Assembly (NCBI GenBank): GCA_951406725.2
Contig: OX597830.1
Coordinates: forward strand, 64,852,001-64,916,000
Length of the DNA stretch: 64,000 nt
Source: Octopus vulgaris
Taxonomy: Eukaryota
Direction of reading: 5' to 3'
Each line of letters begins with the position of its first letter. Position 1 is the first letter of the stretch. Under the pieces are notes generated by a model. It was not told where the DNA came from and did no database searches. It was given only the letters and a program-made list of their open reading frames with translations. Shown here piece by piece: positions 12,201-26,141 of the stretch. The position numbers and the translations under genes were made by a program.

Positions 12201-13385
12201 ACTACTGGAATTTGTGAAACTACGAAGGATTAGCCTGGAACGATCCAATTTGATACTTTTATTTGTGTTCTTCCCTCTCATTCTCACTCTCGTTTTTATA
12301 TTACCGCAAACCATCTTCTCTTAATCCTCCTGCCCCTTCTCTTCTTTCCTATTAAATCATTTCTCCTCTTTTATTTCTCCGTGTCCGCTTGCATCTGTCT
12401 CATTTCCATTGTATTTTTGCTTTGCTCTCTATGTATATCTGTCTTGGCATGTATGTGTGTATGTGTGTGTGTGTGCAAGGAGACAGACACGCGGGACCAC
12501 GTGACTGAAGTAGAGTTGAACTTTAAGCCAAAAACAGTCGAAAAATTGTACATTAAATACAACAATGAAAGGAATAGAAAGGACTGTGACGTTTGAAAGG
12601 GAGAGAAAACAAAGGGCTCTGAGAGAAAGAGAAAAAGAAAATATGGACGATATCAACATTACGACGTTTGTTTTACGGTAGTATGGTATGATGTGAAAGT
12701 TTTGGGTGTGATAGAAAGGCTAAGAGTGGAGACCTACTCTGGGTTGCAGGAAGGTTAGTTAGGAGAGAAGGATAAAAGAAAGAGCGAGAGAGAAAAGGCA
12801 AATAAGTATACTATATTACAGACCCATTATAGCCGATCTTAACAATTGGTTTCATTCGTCATATTAGGTAATCAGACTATTACATAATACCTGCGCTCCT
12901 CAGAGATTACCCACCGATGTGGGGAAACAACGGCGGCTATTCACAGCTATTGAAGTTAAGTAAGGGTTTCATTAAAAGCTAAGCTTTTGTGCAAGAAAAA
13001 AAAAGCATGAGTCGTGATTTCCACCAAAAGTGGAATGGGATTGGTTTGTATGTAAGGGAATTAGCTGAAAGGGTTGATACGTTTGGTTGGGTCGTTGAAT
13101 GGGGTGAGTGATGGAGATAAATGTGTGGTTGTCCAAACATTCAACAGTTATTTTTCATACCGGCCAACTCTGAAGTCAGCATTTTTTTTTTAGATAATCA
13201 TCTGATAAGATAAAAACTGGTGTGTATGTATTGAACTAAGCCCTTCAAGGCGGTGTTCCAGTAGGGCCGCAATTCAATGTCTAAAACAAATAGGTAACGA
13301 GAGATAAATTATATGCAATAACTTCAAGTTGTAAGCTTGAAGCATCCTTAACTATAGAACGATATCGAAGTTATAATACTAAGAG

Positions 13386-13620
13386 GGATGTGAGCTGGCA
13401 CAATCGTTAACACGCCGGGCGAAATGCTTAGCGGCATTTCGTCTGCCGTTACGTTTTGAGTTCTAATTCCGCCGAGGTCGACTTTGCCTTTCATCCTTTC
13501 GCGTTCGATAAATTAAGTACCAGTTACGCACTGGGGTCGATGTAATCGACTTAATCCGTTTGTCTGCCCTTGTTTGTCCCCTCTATTTTTAGCCCCCTCT
13601 GGGCAATAAAGAAATAAATA
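13386..13620 (+). mobile_element. SINE family A
   Basis: Matches the 7281 unit. Confidence 0.9.
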
Positions 13621-13829
13621 CGAAGATTTAATGAAACAACTTCGTGTGTTAAGCTTTAAACCAGTGGCCCTAAGCCACTTTTACCTATGGGTGCCTTTGA
13701 TTCTTATTTAACTCAGATGGACTCATATAGCCCTTCTATATTTTAAAAGGACTTCCACTGTATACAGCAGTGCTTGGAAGGAATGTATGTAGCGTGTGAT
13801 TATCCAATTGATTATGACAGAAACGCTGT

Positions 13830-14000
13830 CATAGCGATACCTGCTCAGAGGTCAGCGCAAGTTTGCAGAAGATGTATGTAGAAGAGTGAATGAGCCGCAC
13901 GCAAGTGCATGAGTGGTTCTATCGTTCCCAAGATGGCCTATAAAATGTCAATATTGTCGAATGTTCTGAGAGACCTTCAACAAGCACAACTGAGAAAAAC
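13830..14000 (+). pseudogene. Mariner transposase N-terminal HTH relic
   Basis: LQKMYVEE*MSRTQVHEWFYRSQDG...ERPSTSTTEKN. Confidence 0.7.
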
Positions 14001-14201
14001 TGTTTCAGGACAAAATCCACAGAGGACAAAATACCCCAGGACAAATTTTAAACAAAAACATCAAGTAATAAATATTTTAAGTTTCTTTTATAAAATTTGA
14101 CTTTCCTAAAATATTTTTATTGTAATGAAAGAACAATAACCTGGTGGGTACTGACTGCCAGGAAATTTTGTTGGAAGTGGGGGAGGATTTTGTCCTCACA
14201 C

Positions 14202-14960
14202 GGATCCGTCTCACACGTGACAGGAGCTGTTCAATATAACTCCAAAAGTCAGCAGTGCTCGGACACAGAACGAGGGTGTGCAGAACGGTTTCGTTCTCCT
14301 GCGCACCTCGGACAAGTCTGACTGACAGCATATCCGTGCCAGTAGAATTTATCTCGAACTGGTAGCACTCGCCCCCGTAGCACTGCCAGGCCGAGGACAT
14401 CTGGGAACTATTTATGATAACTCCCGACCGGAAAGTCCTAGCCAGACTAGCCAGTTCGTTCTCGTCAACGCCCAGATTCTCCCTGAGAACATCTTCGCAC
14501 TTACTGTCAGTAATTCTCTGTAAATTTCTAAAGCGGAACATCCACCAATCCCATTGCCCGACTGGTAGAGGGCTGTTGGGAGCGCCCGACGATATTCTAG
14601 GTGCTAGGCGCTCAGTCTCGGTCTTTTCTTCACCCATAACTGTAGTTCCGTCAAGGAGACGAGCTGCGGAAATGAGCCTCTTGATTGGCTTGATAGAATT
14701 AGCATGTATTTGCACTGGAGCATATACAGTAAGTCTGCACTCCCATATCAAAGGAATTGGTGGGGACATAAACCTTCCAAAGTAGAAAAAGATTTCATCA
14801 TTGTATGGGACTATGGTCCCTGGACCAGATCCCTGCTCACCGCTATCGGGGCGGAGATGGCTGTCCGCAAGTGCAAGCTTTGTGAATCAGAGTAGCTTTA
14901 ACAGCGCAACTCTCTCGCCCTCCTCCGGGACCACGCCTTTTCAATTTTGACTGCTGAGGC
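14202..14960 (-). mobile_element. L1/Tx1-like LINE ORF2 C-terminal relic (zf-RVT region)
   Basis: GC-richer island. SAWQCY...(frameshifted LPVRDK..CPRC)..ETVLHTLVLCPSTADFWSYIEQLL fits the CCHC zinc knuckle of L1/Tx1 ORF2. Confidence 0.7.
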
Positions 14961-14989
14961 CACGGGAAATGTTTCTTTATAAAGGTATT

Positions 14990-15321
14990 CAAAGTGATCG
15001 ATTAATTCAGGCTAACAGACCAGATATTGTGGTAGAAAGAAACGATGACAAAATATAGATATGTCAATGACAGTAGACTGCAAAATTTGAGTAAAATCAT
15101 TCGAAAATCTAAATAGATAGAAGGGTCTCGAAACAGAGGTCACGCAAATATGACATTTAAGAAAAGCAAGTGCACCTGTGATCATCGGACCTTTGAGGAC
15201 GATACGAAATGGTGCTATTAAACACTGTGGCTACATACCTTGGAAACCCAAAATGTTCAGAATTACAAATATTTCTATCGTGGGTTCTGTTCACATCTTA
15301 AGAAAATCATTGTCAGCTTGA
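14990..15321 (+). mobile_element. R4/Dong-like non-LTR retrotransposon RLE endonuclease relic
   Basis: IQANRPDIVV...IDMS..VD..., APVIIGPL.TI, terminal GSVHILRKSLS*, with many stops. Confidence 0.75.
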
Positions 15322-15524
15322 AAATATCTGATTCTCATAAAATTGAAATATTTACAAATTTAACAGCATCTTAGTTCTCAAACTCTGGTCCTCCTCTCCA
15401 ACAATATATCATTGATAATTATAATTAACATCCGTAGTAAAACGTCCAACTTGCTATTACTTGAGGTCTGTGGTGGTGGTGGTGGGGACTTCGAAAAGCC
15501 TGTATAAAACAGAGCAACAATTAT

Positions 15525-15567
<43 letters not shown>

Positions 15568-15875
15568 GTAATGATGGTCATTATGATGATGATAATCGTG
15601 ATGATAATAATAACGATAATAATAATAATAGTAATGATAATAATAATAATAATATTAATAACAATAATAATAATAATAATAATATTAATAATAATAATAA
15701 TAATAATAATAATGATAATAATAATAATAATGATAATAAAAATAATAATAATAATAAATAATAATAATAAAAATAATAATAAATAATAATAAATAATAAT
15801 AATAATAATAATAATAATGATGATAATAATAATAATGACGATAATAATAATGACGATAATAATAATAATAATAAT
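15525..15875. repeat. (AAT)n tract
   Basis: Directly visible. Confidence 0.95.
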
Positions 15876-16494
15876 GCATTCAAAGTTTGGCCCAAGGTCA
15901 TAAAGTTTTAATGGAGGGGGGTAGTCGATTGCATCGATCCCAGTGTTCAATTAGTACTTATTTTATCGACCCCGAAAGATGAAAAGGAAAGCCGACCTCG
16001 GCAGCATAAAAACAGCAACAACAATAAATAACAATAAACAACAACAAACAACAACAATAACAATATTATCACATTAAATGTGATAATGTATGATAATGGA
16101 TTCAAAGTTTTGATATAACAACTGTTTGTGTGGCAGAGTAAAAAAAAAAAGGAGAAAGATAAAAAACGAAAAAAAAACTGTTGAAGTGGGAGTAAGGTAA
16201 GAAGGGAAGCAAACGCAGGAGGGGAAGGGTTTGGGCTGAGGAAGATGAAGAACGAAGCCATAGTCGTTAAAATTTATTCTAGTGATTTATCGTTCGAAGA
16301 ATTTCTGCGATGATAAAGGTGATGATGAGGAGGAGGATGAGCAGGAGAAAGAGGAGGAGGGGAGGAGGGGGAGGAGAAGGAAGGGGCAGGGGACAAAATA
16401 AAGGAATAAGGAGGTTAAGGAGAGCAGTACGAATGGGGAGCATGATGGAGATGTGGAGGGTGATAGGAATAGGACGAAAGGGCTCATGCAGATG

Positions 16495-16666
16495 GAAATG
16501 GTGGTGGTTGTGTTTGTGGTCTTGGTGGTGGTGGTGGTAATGATGGTGATGTCGATAATGATGATGGTGGGAAGGAGGAGGTGGAGGTGGATGAAGATGA
16601 CGATGATGATGATGATGATGATGATGACGACGACGACGACGATGATGATGATGTTGATGATGTTGG

Positions 16667-16697
<31 letters not shown>

Positions 16698-16738
16698 GAT
16701 GATGATGAGGATGATGACGACGATGATGATGTTGTTGG

Positions 16739-16792
<54 letters not shown>

Positions 16793-18125
16793 CGACGATG
16801 ATGATGTTGTTGGTGATGATGATGACGATGATGATGATGATGATGACGATGATGATGATGATGTTCAGGATGGGATGGTGGCGGGCGATGAAAGGAACCA
16901 AGAAAACCCAATTGAACGGTTTCCAAATAAACAAACCAATAAACTTTCCCAAACGTGGACAGTTTAACGTTTTTGTTATTGTTGTTGTTGCTGTTCTTTT
17001 TGTTGAAGTTGTTGCTGTTGTTGATGTTGTTATTGCTTTTGGCGTTGTTGTTGTTGTTATTGCTGCTGCTGATGATGATCTCGTTGTTGTCAATAAGGTT
17101 CAATGAAGTTGAAACTTGCGTTGATGGTAATCTCTTAATGCTGCCGTTGTTGTCTGCGATGGTGATGGAAGCAGTGGAAGAGACATTATTGTGCAGAGGG
17201 TAGTGGTGGTGGTGGTGGCGGCATTGGTGGTGGCGGTGGTGGTGGTGGTGGGGGGCGGTAGCGTTAATGGTGGTGGTAGTGGTGGTGGTGGCGGCGGCAG
17301 CGGCGGTAGCGTTGGTGACTGTGGCGGTGGTGGTGGTGGTGGCGGTGGCAGTAGCGGTGACGGTGATGGCCGCGGTGGTGGCGGGTGGTACCGGTGGTGG
17401 TGGTGGTGGTGGTGGTGGTGGCGGTGGCGGTGGTGACGGTGGTGGTGGTGGTGGTGGTGGTGGCGGTGGCAGCAGCGGTGACGGTGATGGCCGCGGTGGT
17501 GGCGGGCGGTAGCGGTGGTGGTGGTGGTGGTGGCAGTGGTGGTGGTGGTCGTCATGAAAGTGGTGGGGATGGTGGTGAGAATGGTGGTGGTGGTAGTGGT
17601 GGAGGGTGGTGTCAATGAAAGTGGTGGCTGCGGTGGTGGTGGTGGTGGTGGTGGTGGTGGTGGTGGTGGTGAAGGTGGTAGCATTGGTCGTGCTGGGCGT
17701 GGTTGTAAAGTGGGTAATAGTATTGGTAGTGGTGGTGCTGGAGAGATTAGCGAGAGTTTGTAGTGGTGGTCATAGATGTAGTGCTGATGGTAGCAGAGGT
17801 GGTGACGGCGTTGATGATGGCAGTCATGGTGCGGATCTTAGTGATAGTGCTAGTTCTGCTGGTTGTAGTAGTGTTCCTGGTGGTGGTGGTGTTTGTGGTG
17901 GTGGTAATAGTGACGGCTGTGGTGATGGTGGTGATGGTCGTGGTGGTGGCTGTGGTGGTATTACAGGTGGTGGTGGTGTTTGTGGTGGTGGTAGTGATAA
18001 TAACGGCTGTGGTGTTGCTTGATAGTGGTGGTGATGGTTGTGGTGGTGGTGGCTGTGGTAGTGGTGGTGGTGGTGGTGGCGGTGGTGGTGCTGGAAGAGG
18101 TGATGCTGCTGCTGTTGCTGCTGTT
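16495..18125. repeat. Compound (GAT)n/(GTT)n/(GGT)n trinucleotide region
   Basis: Directly visible; includes short internal duplications (17253-17380 vs 17450-17520). Confidence 0.9.
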
Positions 18126-18252
18126 GAAGGTGACTTGTATTGCGAAGTCATAATATTAAGGGTCATAAATTTTAAGGGATATAAAATCGATGCCTGCCTA
18201 TCAATACACACACACACAAACACATAAACACACACCCAAACACACACACACT

Positions 18253-18284
<32 letters not shown>

Positions 18285-18392
18285 CAAACACACACACCAA
18301 CACACACAGACGCACGCATGCACACACACGTTCAAGCACATTCACACACAAACATATACATACATTCAAACACATTCATATACATGCACATA

Positions 18393-18428
<36 letters not shown>

Positions 18429-18859
18429 AATACATACAGACACGCATACAAGCATACGCACTATATACATACATGCATAAACGTACATACATACTCATAC
18501 ATACACACAAACACATGTAGAATCATATACACACATACACTTATATAAACACGCATACACATGCATAGAAATACACATATACATACACAAAAATATTCTG
18601 TAATTATTTATGCGTTTACTGAACCGCGGCCATTCTGGGGCACCGGCTCCATGTGTTTAATCGATCATATTGAATACAGCATTATGTCCATTTCGTACTC
18701 GTTTTATCGATTACATTTGTCGATTTGCTAGGTTACCGGCCATAAATAGATACAGCATAAACCCAAACATACGTTTTTTTTTATCTGTCTTTACGCAAGT
18801 AGATGTGTGAGCGCATTCATTTTACGTGTGTGCATATGTGTGTATGTGTGTGTGTGCGA

Positions 18860-19100
18860 AGGCGCGTGGGTGAGTGATTAGAGTGTTGGATCCATGATCG
18901 TAAGATTGCGGGTTCGATTTGCGGACTGGGTGATGCGTTGTGTTCTTCAACAAGACATTTCATTTCACGTTGCTCCAGTTCACTCGGCTGACAAAAGTGA
19001 ATAACCCTGCGATGGACCGGCGTCATGTCCAGGAGGAAGAGAATATACACTTCAGAGACCAGGAAAACGGCTTTTGACATTATATGACTGGGGAGAGAGC
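18860..19100 (+). mobile_element. CORE-type SINE (family C variant tail)
   Basis: ggcgcgtgg..tagagtgttgg..ggttcgatt..ttgtgttcttcaacaagacatttcatttcacgttgctccagttcactc. Confidence 0.8.
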
Positions 19101-19186
<86 letters not shown>

Positions 19187-20336
19187 CACGCACACACACA
19201 TACACACACATACACACACACAGGCATTCCTGCACAAAATATGAGTAAAATACTTGCGGATGTTTTTTTTCTAATTATGAAGACTATAGTCAAACAATCA
19301 ACAAACTGATACAACGCATAGGTTTAATTAGCTCTGATATGGATATATTCGATAGAACAAATTCTACTATCAGAAAGATCCAATCACGAGTGACACAAAG
19401 TGACTTTAGTGAGTATGTAAATTACATAGAAAGCCTCCTATCTACAACAGACTCGTAAAGGGTCGGCAGTGGAAAGAGATTTTCCTTAATTCCCATCATG
19501 ATTTAGATGTCGCTACGAATGTTGTTCTTCCTGTGTCTCTTAATGTGCAAATTCCATACAAACGGCTATGTAAGAAGCGCTTCAATCTTCCTAATTTCAA
19601 GGTGATTCACTCTCACCTAGAAAACATAATTTACACGCTTGCATATCGCAAACGAAAATGTATATCCGTATCATCTACACACCAACATCTCCCAATCGCC
19701 GAACTCGTGCTCCTAATCAACTACGATGGTTGCTGACCTCGAGTCTAGGAACTACACATCCTTTTGTCATTTCAGCTGAAATCTAAGAGACCATGAACAA
19801 TACTACTGTATCATAAACTGGTGTATTGGTGATAGGAGCCCTTCCAAAGCCCAGCGGATCCACCCGGTTGAAAAAATAGACACCCTGAAGTAGTTGCGGT
19901 ACCTCCAACGAAATATCTAGAAATATTTCTTCCCCGCGACACACTGACACACAAATCTTTGTACTAGCTCAATTCATAAAAATTTACAAGGAAAATATTT
20001 CTATGGAGAATCAAGGAAATGCATTTCATACCAAAGAAGGTTAAAGTTGCAGAGTTGGTCACGAGACCCCGAGCTATAAAATTTTGAATAATGGCCTAGG
20101 AAGTCGTAAAATCCCAACTCATAAATGCACACAAGTATATGTCTGTATGTGTATATGTGAGTGTGTCTGTGTGTGTGTGTGTGTGTATATATTAAGAATA
20201 AGAAGGTAGTCAGAATGTTGAATGATTATATATGATCATCCAACATTCTTACTACCTCATTATTCTCAATATACAATATCTGTACATCACTTCAGAAACC
20301 CTCAGTCTTCCTCTCCTTATACATATATATATGTAT

Positions 20337-20451
<115 letters not shown>

Positions 20452-20556
20452 TATACATACATACACACACAAACACACACATATATATATATATACATAC
20501 ATAGATACATACATACATACACACATATATATATATATATGTATGTATACACACAC

Positions 20557-20618
<62 letters not shown>

Positions 20619-21167
20619 GCATGTTGTGTACAGATGTATGCGTACGTACGAACGTATCTACCAACTTATCTGCCTGCCTGCCTGTCTGCCTGCCTGCCTG
20701 CCTGCCTGTCTGCCTGCCTGCCTGCTTGCCTACATACATACACACACACAGACACACACACACACACACACACATATGATATATATATATATATATATAC
20801 GGATGACGGTCTTCATACATACACACATCATATAATGTGTTTCATTTATTTTCAGGTGTAAAACTATAAAACTTTATAACCTTAAATACGAGATGTGAAG
20901 AATCGGAAGTATGTTAATTTATGTGCGACGGAAGAAGGCTTACAAAACTATGATTGTCGTTTCCTTCATTCAATTAGTTTTTCGGTCAGTCAAAGAATCT
21001 TGAATATTTCGATTTACACGAATACCATTATGTGGGTCTATGTAGCCACATTGCAATCCACTAATGATAAATACATACAATGTCATTTTGATGAATTCTT
21101 CTCTGTACACATATTATGTTAAACTTCAGAATTCCATTCTAGAGAGGACTTACTGGCGAGCTTTGTA

Positions 21168-21713
21168 TTGGATCGTCCGGAAAGTTCGTGCCGGTTTTTA
21201 AAGGAAAGAAAAAGGTCAATAAATACCTGCCATTACATTTTTAATCAACCGAATATGAACCATTTTGCTGCACAATGCGTTTCTATCTTTCCTTTAACTT
21301 GAAAATACCCCCTTCCCAGAATTGAGGGGGTTTCATGGTATCTTTTCACATCATCCAAGAAATTGAAATTTTTACCATTAAGACTATTCTGCAGAGCCCT
21401 GAATAAATAGAAATCCGAAGGAGCAATATCTGGTGAATATGGAGGGTAGGGTGACACATCCCAGCCGAGCTGCTGCAATTTTTGTCTAATTTCCAAAGCA
21501 TCAAGTGCCGAAAATGAACTTTCTTATCGTCCATTTTAAAGGGTTACAGAATTAACACAAGTTATAGAAACATAGACCTTCTTCCACGAAAAGATAGCTT
21601 AAACTGTGCTCTAAATAGAGGTGAAGTCAAATCCTATTTTATGGACTCAACCATCTAAAATAAGTCGAAATGTAAGATAATATAAATCGGCATGAACTTT
21701 CCAGACAACCCAA
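21168..21713 (-). mobile_element. Internally deleted mariner element with ~30-bp TIRs and TA TSD
   Basis: TIRs ttggatcgtccggaaagttcgtgccg / cggcatgaactttccagacaacccaa, flanked by TA. N-terminal MDDKKVHFRHLML is joined to C-terminal LGWDVSPYPPYSPDIAPSDFYLF. Confidence 0.9.
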
Positions 21714-21726
21714 TATACACACCAAC

Positions 21727-21765
<39 letters not shown>

Positions 21766-21786
21766 TATATATATATATATATGTAT

Positions 21787-23255
21787 CCCTCGCAGTCAAC
21801 TATCGCCCAGTCTCACTCACCTCCCACATCATCAAAGTGTTTGAAAGAGTGTTAAGATCAAGGATAGCTGATTTCCTGGAGACCCACAAACTCCTAAATG
21901 CAAATTAGCATGGCTTTCACTGTGGCAGGGACTGTCTAACACAGTTCTTACACCACATTGAAGATGTACTCAAAGCCTTGGGATAAGGTTCGAACTCTGA
22001 CGTCATATATCTTGACTTCAGTAAAGCGTTCGACAGGGTAGACCATAACATCCTACTCTGAAAATTGGCAAATGTTGGAATCCGTGGAAAAGTTCTACAC
22101 TGGATCAAGTATTTCCTGGCGAATAGAACACAACATGTTGTAGTTGATGGAGTCCACTCAAACCCAGCAAAAGTCACCAGCGGTGTTCCCCAGGGAACTG
22201 TTTTGGGTCTGCTACTCTTCATAATTTACGTAAACGACCTTTCCAGTGTCGTACATTACTGCAAAGTGAAAATATTTGCTGATGACACTAAGCTCCAGCA
22301 AATCGTCAATGAAGAAGCAGACCGAACTCAACTCCAGTCTGATCTATATGCTGTGAGTCAATAGGCAGACAGAAACAAAATGCAACTGAATGAGGGAAAA
22401 TTTGAGCTGATGCATTTTGGAAGAAATTCCTCACTAAAACAACCATACTCTCTTCCTCTAACAATATCAGAGACCTGGGTGTAATTGTTGATGACGATCT
22501 CAGTTAGAGTGCACACATCAACAAGAAGGTCGATATAGCTCGTAGGATGAGTTCCTGGATCTTAAGAACTTTCCGGTCCAGAGAGCAAGGTGTCATCATA
22601 CCACTTTTATCCTCCTTTGTACGGCCACACCTTGAATACTTCTGCCCACTGTGGTCTCCCCATACAAGACAAAACATCTCCAGGATTGAGTCACCCCAGA
22701 GGGCTCTCATTAAACGAATTGAAGGCGTGGCTGCTCTCGATTATTGGGATCGCCTTAAAGCCTTGAAACTTTACTCCCTCCAGCGTCGCCGTGAGTGGTA
22801 CATCATTTGTACCATGTGGAGAATATACCGCCAACTTTGCCCAAACGACCTTAACATTAGCTTCAAGGTTCATCCAAGACTGGGACCACGGGCCATACGT
22901 CCCCTGCCCAATTCAAGATCAAAACATTCATGTACACTGCAACATAATTACTTTTCCTCAACAGGCCCTGCCCTATTTAACATTGCCCCGAGGGAGATCA
23001 AAGAGGAAAAGGATCCCATCAACTTTAAACGGAGTCTGGATAGATTCCTTCAAAGAATACCAGATAAGCCACCCATAATTGGATACAACTCATTCAACAA
23101 GAACTCACTACTTGAACAAAACTGGATACAACTCACCCAACAAGAACTCACTACTTGAACAAAACTTGACTTAAACAGGATTCGAATAATCCTATCAGGT
23201 GGTGCTATTAAGTTAGACATGGCCTGGACCAATCTTTGGTCGAAACATATCTAAG

Positions 23256-23257
<2 letters not shown>
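21787..23257 (+). mobile_element. CR1/L2-group LINE, 5'-truncated, RT pseudogene
   Basis: NYRPVSLTS, YLDFSKAFDRVDH, SGVPQGTVLG, FADDTK, RPHLEY, LYSLQRRRE, with several in-frame stops; ends ctaagtt then (TA)n. Confidence 0.92.
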
Positions 23258-23310
<53 letters not shown>

Positions 23311-23336
23311 AGTGTGTGTGTGTGTGTGTGTGTATG

Positions 23337-23369
<33 letters not shown>

Positions 23370-23459
23370 ATATATATATATATGTATATATTTGAAATCT
23401 TCCTCTGAAAAACGGGGAAACTCCATCATTATTAGAATGTAGATAACAAAAACGATGTC

Positions 23460-23850
23460 AGATTTTGAACTTGAGAACTTGAGAAAGGTTTCACATATTT
23501 TAACCTTTCCACTTACGGATTGTATTTGTAATATACGAGTTAGCTGATTGGTTTCTTTCTCTGAAAACCTTAGCTTTTCCTTTAGGTTTTTACTAACAGA
23601 ACAATGTACACCAGTTATTACTGGTATAAATGTTAATTATAATCTAGGTACAGAAGCTGGGGGTTTCAATGTAGTTATCTGTTGTTATCCGCTTTCTTTA
23701 TAATTTCTGAAGAGATATTCACATCAGGAAGACAGCTGACCAATCTGACGGTGCCTACTTTTTTCTTGTCGGTTCCAAGCAACAATATCCGGTCTGTTAT
23801 TCTTACACTCGACAGATGTTTTGATGGGAATGTGCCGCAAATATGCCTGG
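23460..23850 (-). mobile_element. RLE-type non-LTR retrotransposon C-terminal relic (R4/CRE-like)
   Basis: IPIKTSVECKNNRPDIVAWNRQEK...SC..DVN...FIPVITG...LQIQSVSGKVKICETFLKF. Confidence 0.7.
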
Positions 23851-24002
23851 TGTTAATGTTAATGTAAGTATTCAATAACAAGAGTGATTCGTCTATATAA
23901 ACTGCAGCACAGGCAGTTTTGTGTGTAAGAGTGTAGGAGTGTATGCATGTGTGTGCAAGCATGTAAGTCCGCATGCAAGTATGTATACCTATATTCCACT
24001 GT

Positions 24003-24345
24003 GTATGTTTGTATGTATGTATGTATGTATGTATGTATGTATTTATGTATGTATGTATGTATGTATTTATGTATGTATGTATGTATGTATGTATGTATGT
24101 ATGTATGTATGTATGTATGTATTTATGTATGTATGTATGTATGTATGTATGTTTGTATGTATGTATGTTTGTATGTATGTATGTATGTATGTATGTATGT
24201 ATGTATGTATGTATGTATGTATGTATGTATGTATGTTTGTATGTATGTATGTATGTATGTATGTATGTATGTATGTATGTATGTTTGTATGTATGTATGT
24301 ACATGTGTATGTATGTATGTATGTATGTATGTATGTATGTATGCA
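24003..24345. repeat. (ATGT)n tetranucleotide tract
   Basis: Directly visible. Confidence 0.95.
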
Positions 24346-24952
24346 TGCATGTATGTATGCGTATCTAAGTGTGTATGCAAGTATGTATGTATGATGTATA
24401 CACAAGCACGTTTTTCTTATTGAAATCTTTCCCTATAATTAAAATAAATCTGTCGTAGATTTTTTTATGATATAAAAAACTATTGAAGTAATTTATTAAA
24501 CCCCAAATCTTGATTATTTTAGCTTCAGTAAATTTGATTATAAGTATGCTCGATCAGAGCCGCCCCATGTCTAAACAACAACAATAACAACAAAACGAAC
24601 ATAAAATCATGAAACACAACAACCTGTTCGCCATTCGTCCCAAATAAGGTTAAACGGAAGCAATATTCAAACCAATAATATTACATTCCAGATTTTGGAT
24701 GTTTGCCCAGCAGATATTAATTGTCTTAAGTTTGGCTTTATTGATCATTATTATTTTTTAAACTTTAGGCACAAATATGGTCGTGGAGTTAAGAAGATCG
24801 CTTCGCAACCACGTGGTCCCGGGTTCAATCTCACCAGGTGGAATCTTGTGAAGTGTATTCTACTACAGGCCCGAGTCGATTAATACCTTGTGATAGAAAC
24901 TGTGTGGAAACCTGTCGGGACTGGGTTTTCAGTGTCATTAGAGATACCATCC

Positions 24953-25109
24953 AAAGTGTGATTAGTAATTGCAAGCATTTCCGCCCACCCAAGTTTATCA
25001 GCTCATTAGGCCAGGTAAAAATAATGAGCCATCTGCTAAGTCTGCCCCTCGGTCTATTGGGAGCTGAAAACAGACGTGGAGTGGCAGATGAAGTTGCCAG
25101 AAACTGCCG
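24953..25109 (+). mobile_element. HERO-like LINE fragment (second copy)
   Basis: Homologous to 26142-26299. Confidence 0.6.
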
Positions 25110-25360
25110 TTGTCCAGAAATATCTAGAATGATTCCTTTCCCACGACACACACAAATCTTTGTATTACCTCAATTCATAAAAAATTACAAGGAAAATATT
25201 TCTATGGAGAATCAAGGAAATGCATTTCATACTAAAGAAGGTTAAAGTCGCAGAGTTGGTCACGTGTCTACGAGCTATAAAACTTTGAGTAACGGCCTGG
25301 GAAGTCATAAAATCCCAACTCTCAAATACACACATGTACATGTCTGTCTGTCTATCTGTC

Positions 25361-25392
<32 letters not shown>

Positions 25393-25431
25393 TATATGTA
25401 TGTATGTATGTACGTATTATATATATGTGTG

Positions 25432-25514
<83 letters not shown>

Positions 25515-26141
25515 ATATATATATATATAAAATGAATGTTTTTATATATAATGAACGTGAAATACAGGAAGGGACGAACACGGAACACAGACAAATCATT
25601 CGAAGCCTTCAATCTTCAGTCAGACACCGAATCATCATAGCAAATTTCGGCTGTTCAATTCTGATATTTGCTCCAACTCGGCCAGCCCCAAGAAAAAAAA
25701 CTAAGCTGTAAGCATTAGATTTCTTGGTAGAAGACAGGAATGTGAACGCACAAGACGGATGTAAATACAAGAGACGAAAACGAAATTGAAAACAGTAATG
25801 AATAAACAAAATATATATAACGGTGGTTGTCATACGACTTTAGACCAAATGAGACAAAAACAACAACAACATAGCTGGCGTAGAAATAATTACCGTTTCG
25901 GTAGCGGGGACACATGTTGGTCGAGATACGATGGCCAACAGAATGGTTAAGAAGCAGCAGGTTGCAGGAGAGAGAGAGAGAGAAAGAGAGACAGAGAGAG
26001 AGGGAATCAAAGAGGGTGGAAGGCAGGGGACAGAATCAGTGACCAAGAGAAAAGGAGAAACACGGGATTAAGGAGGATGGGAGGAAGAGGGGAATATATA
26101 TATCACCACAGCTTCTTAACCCCACAGCCATATTTGTGTCT

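Noticed and set aside
23586-23863. Apparent plus-strand exon (tttag|G ... |gtaagt)
   Set aside because: All three frames contain stops; the region is explained by a minus-strand RLE retrotransposon relic.
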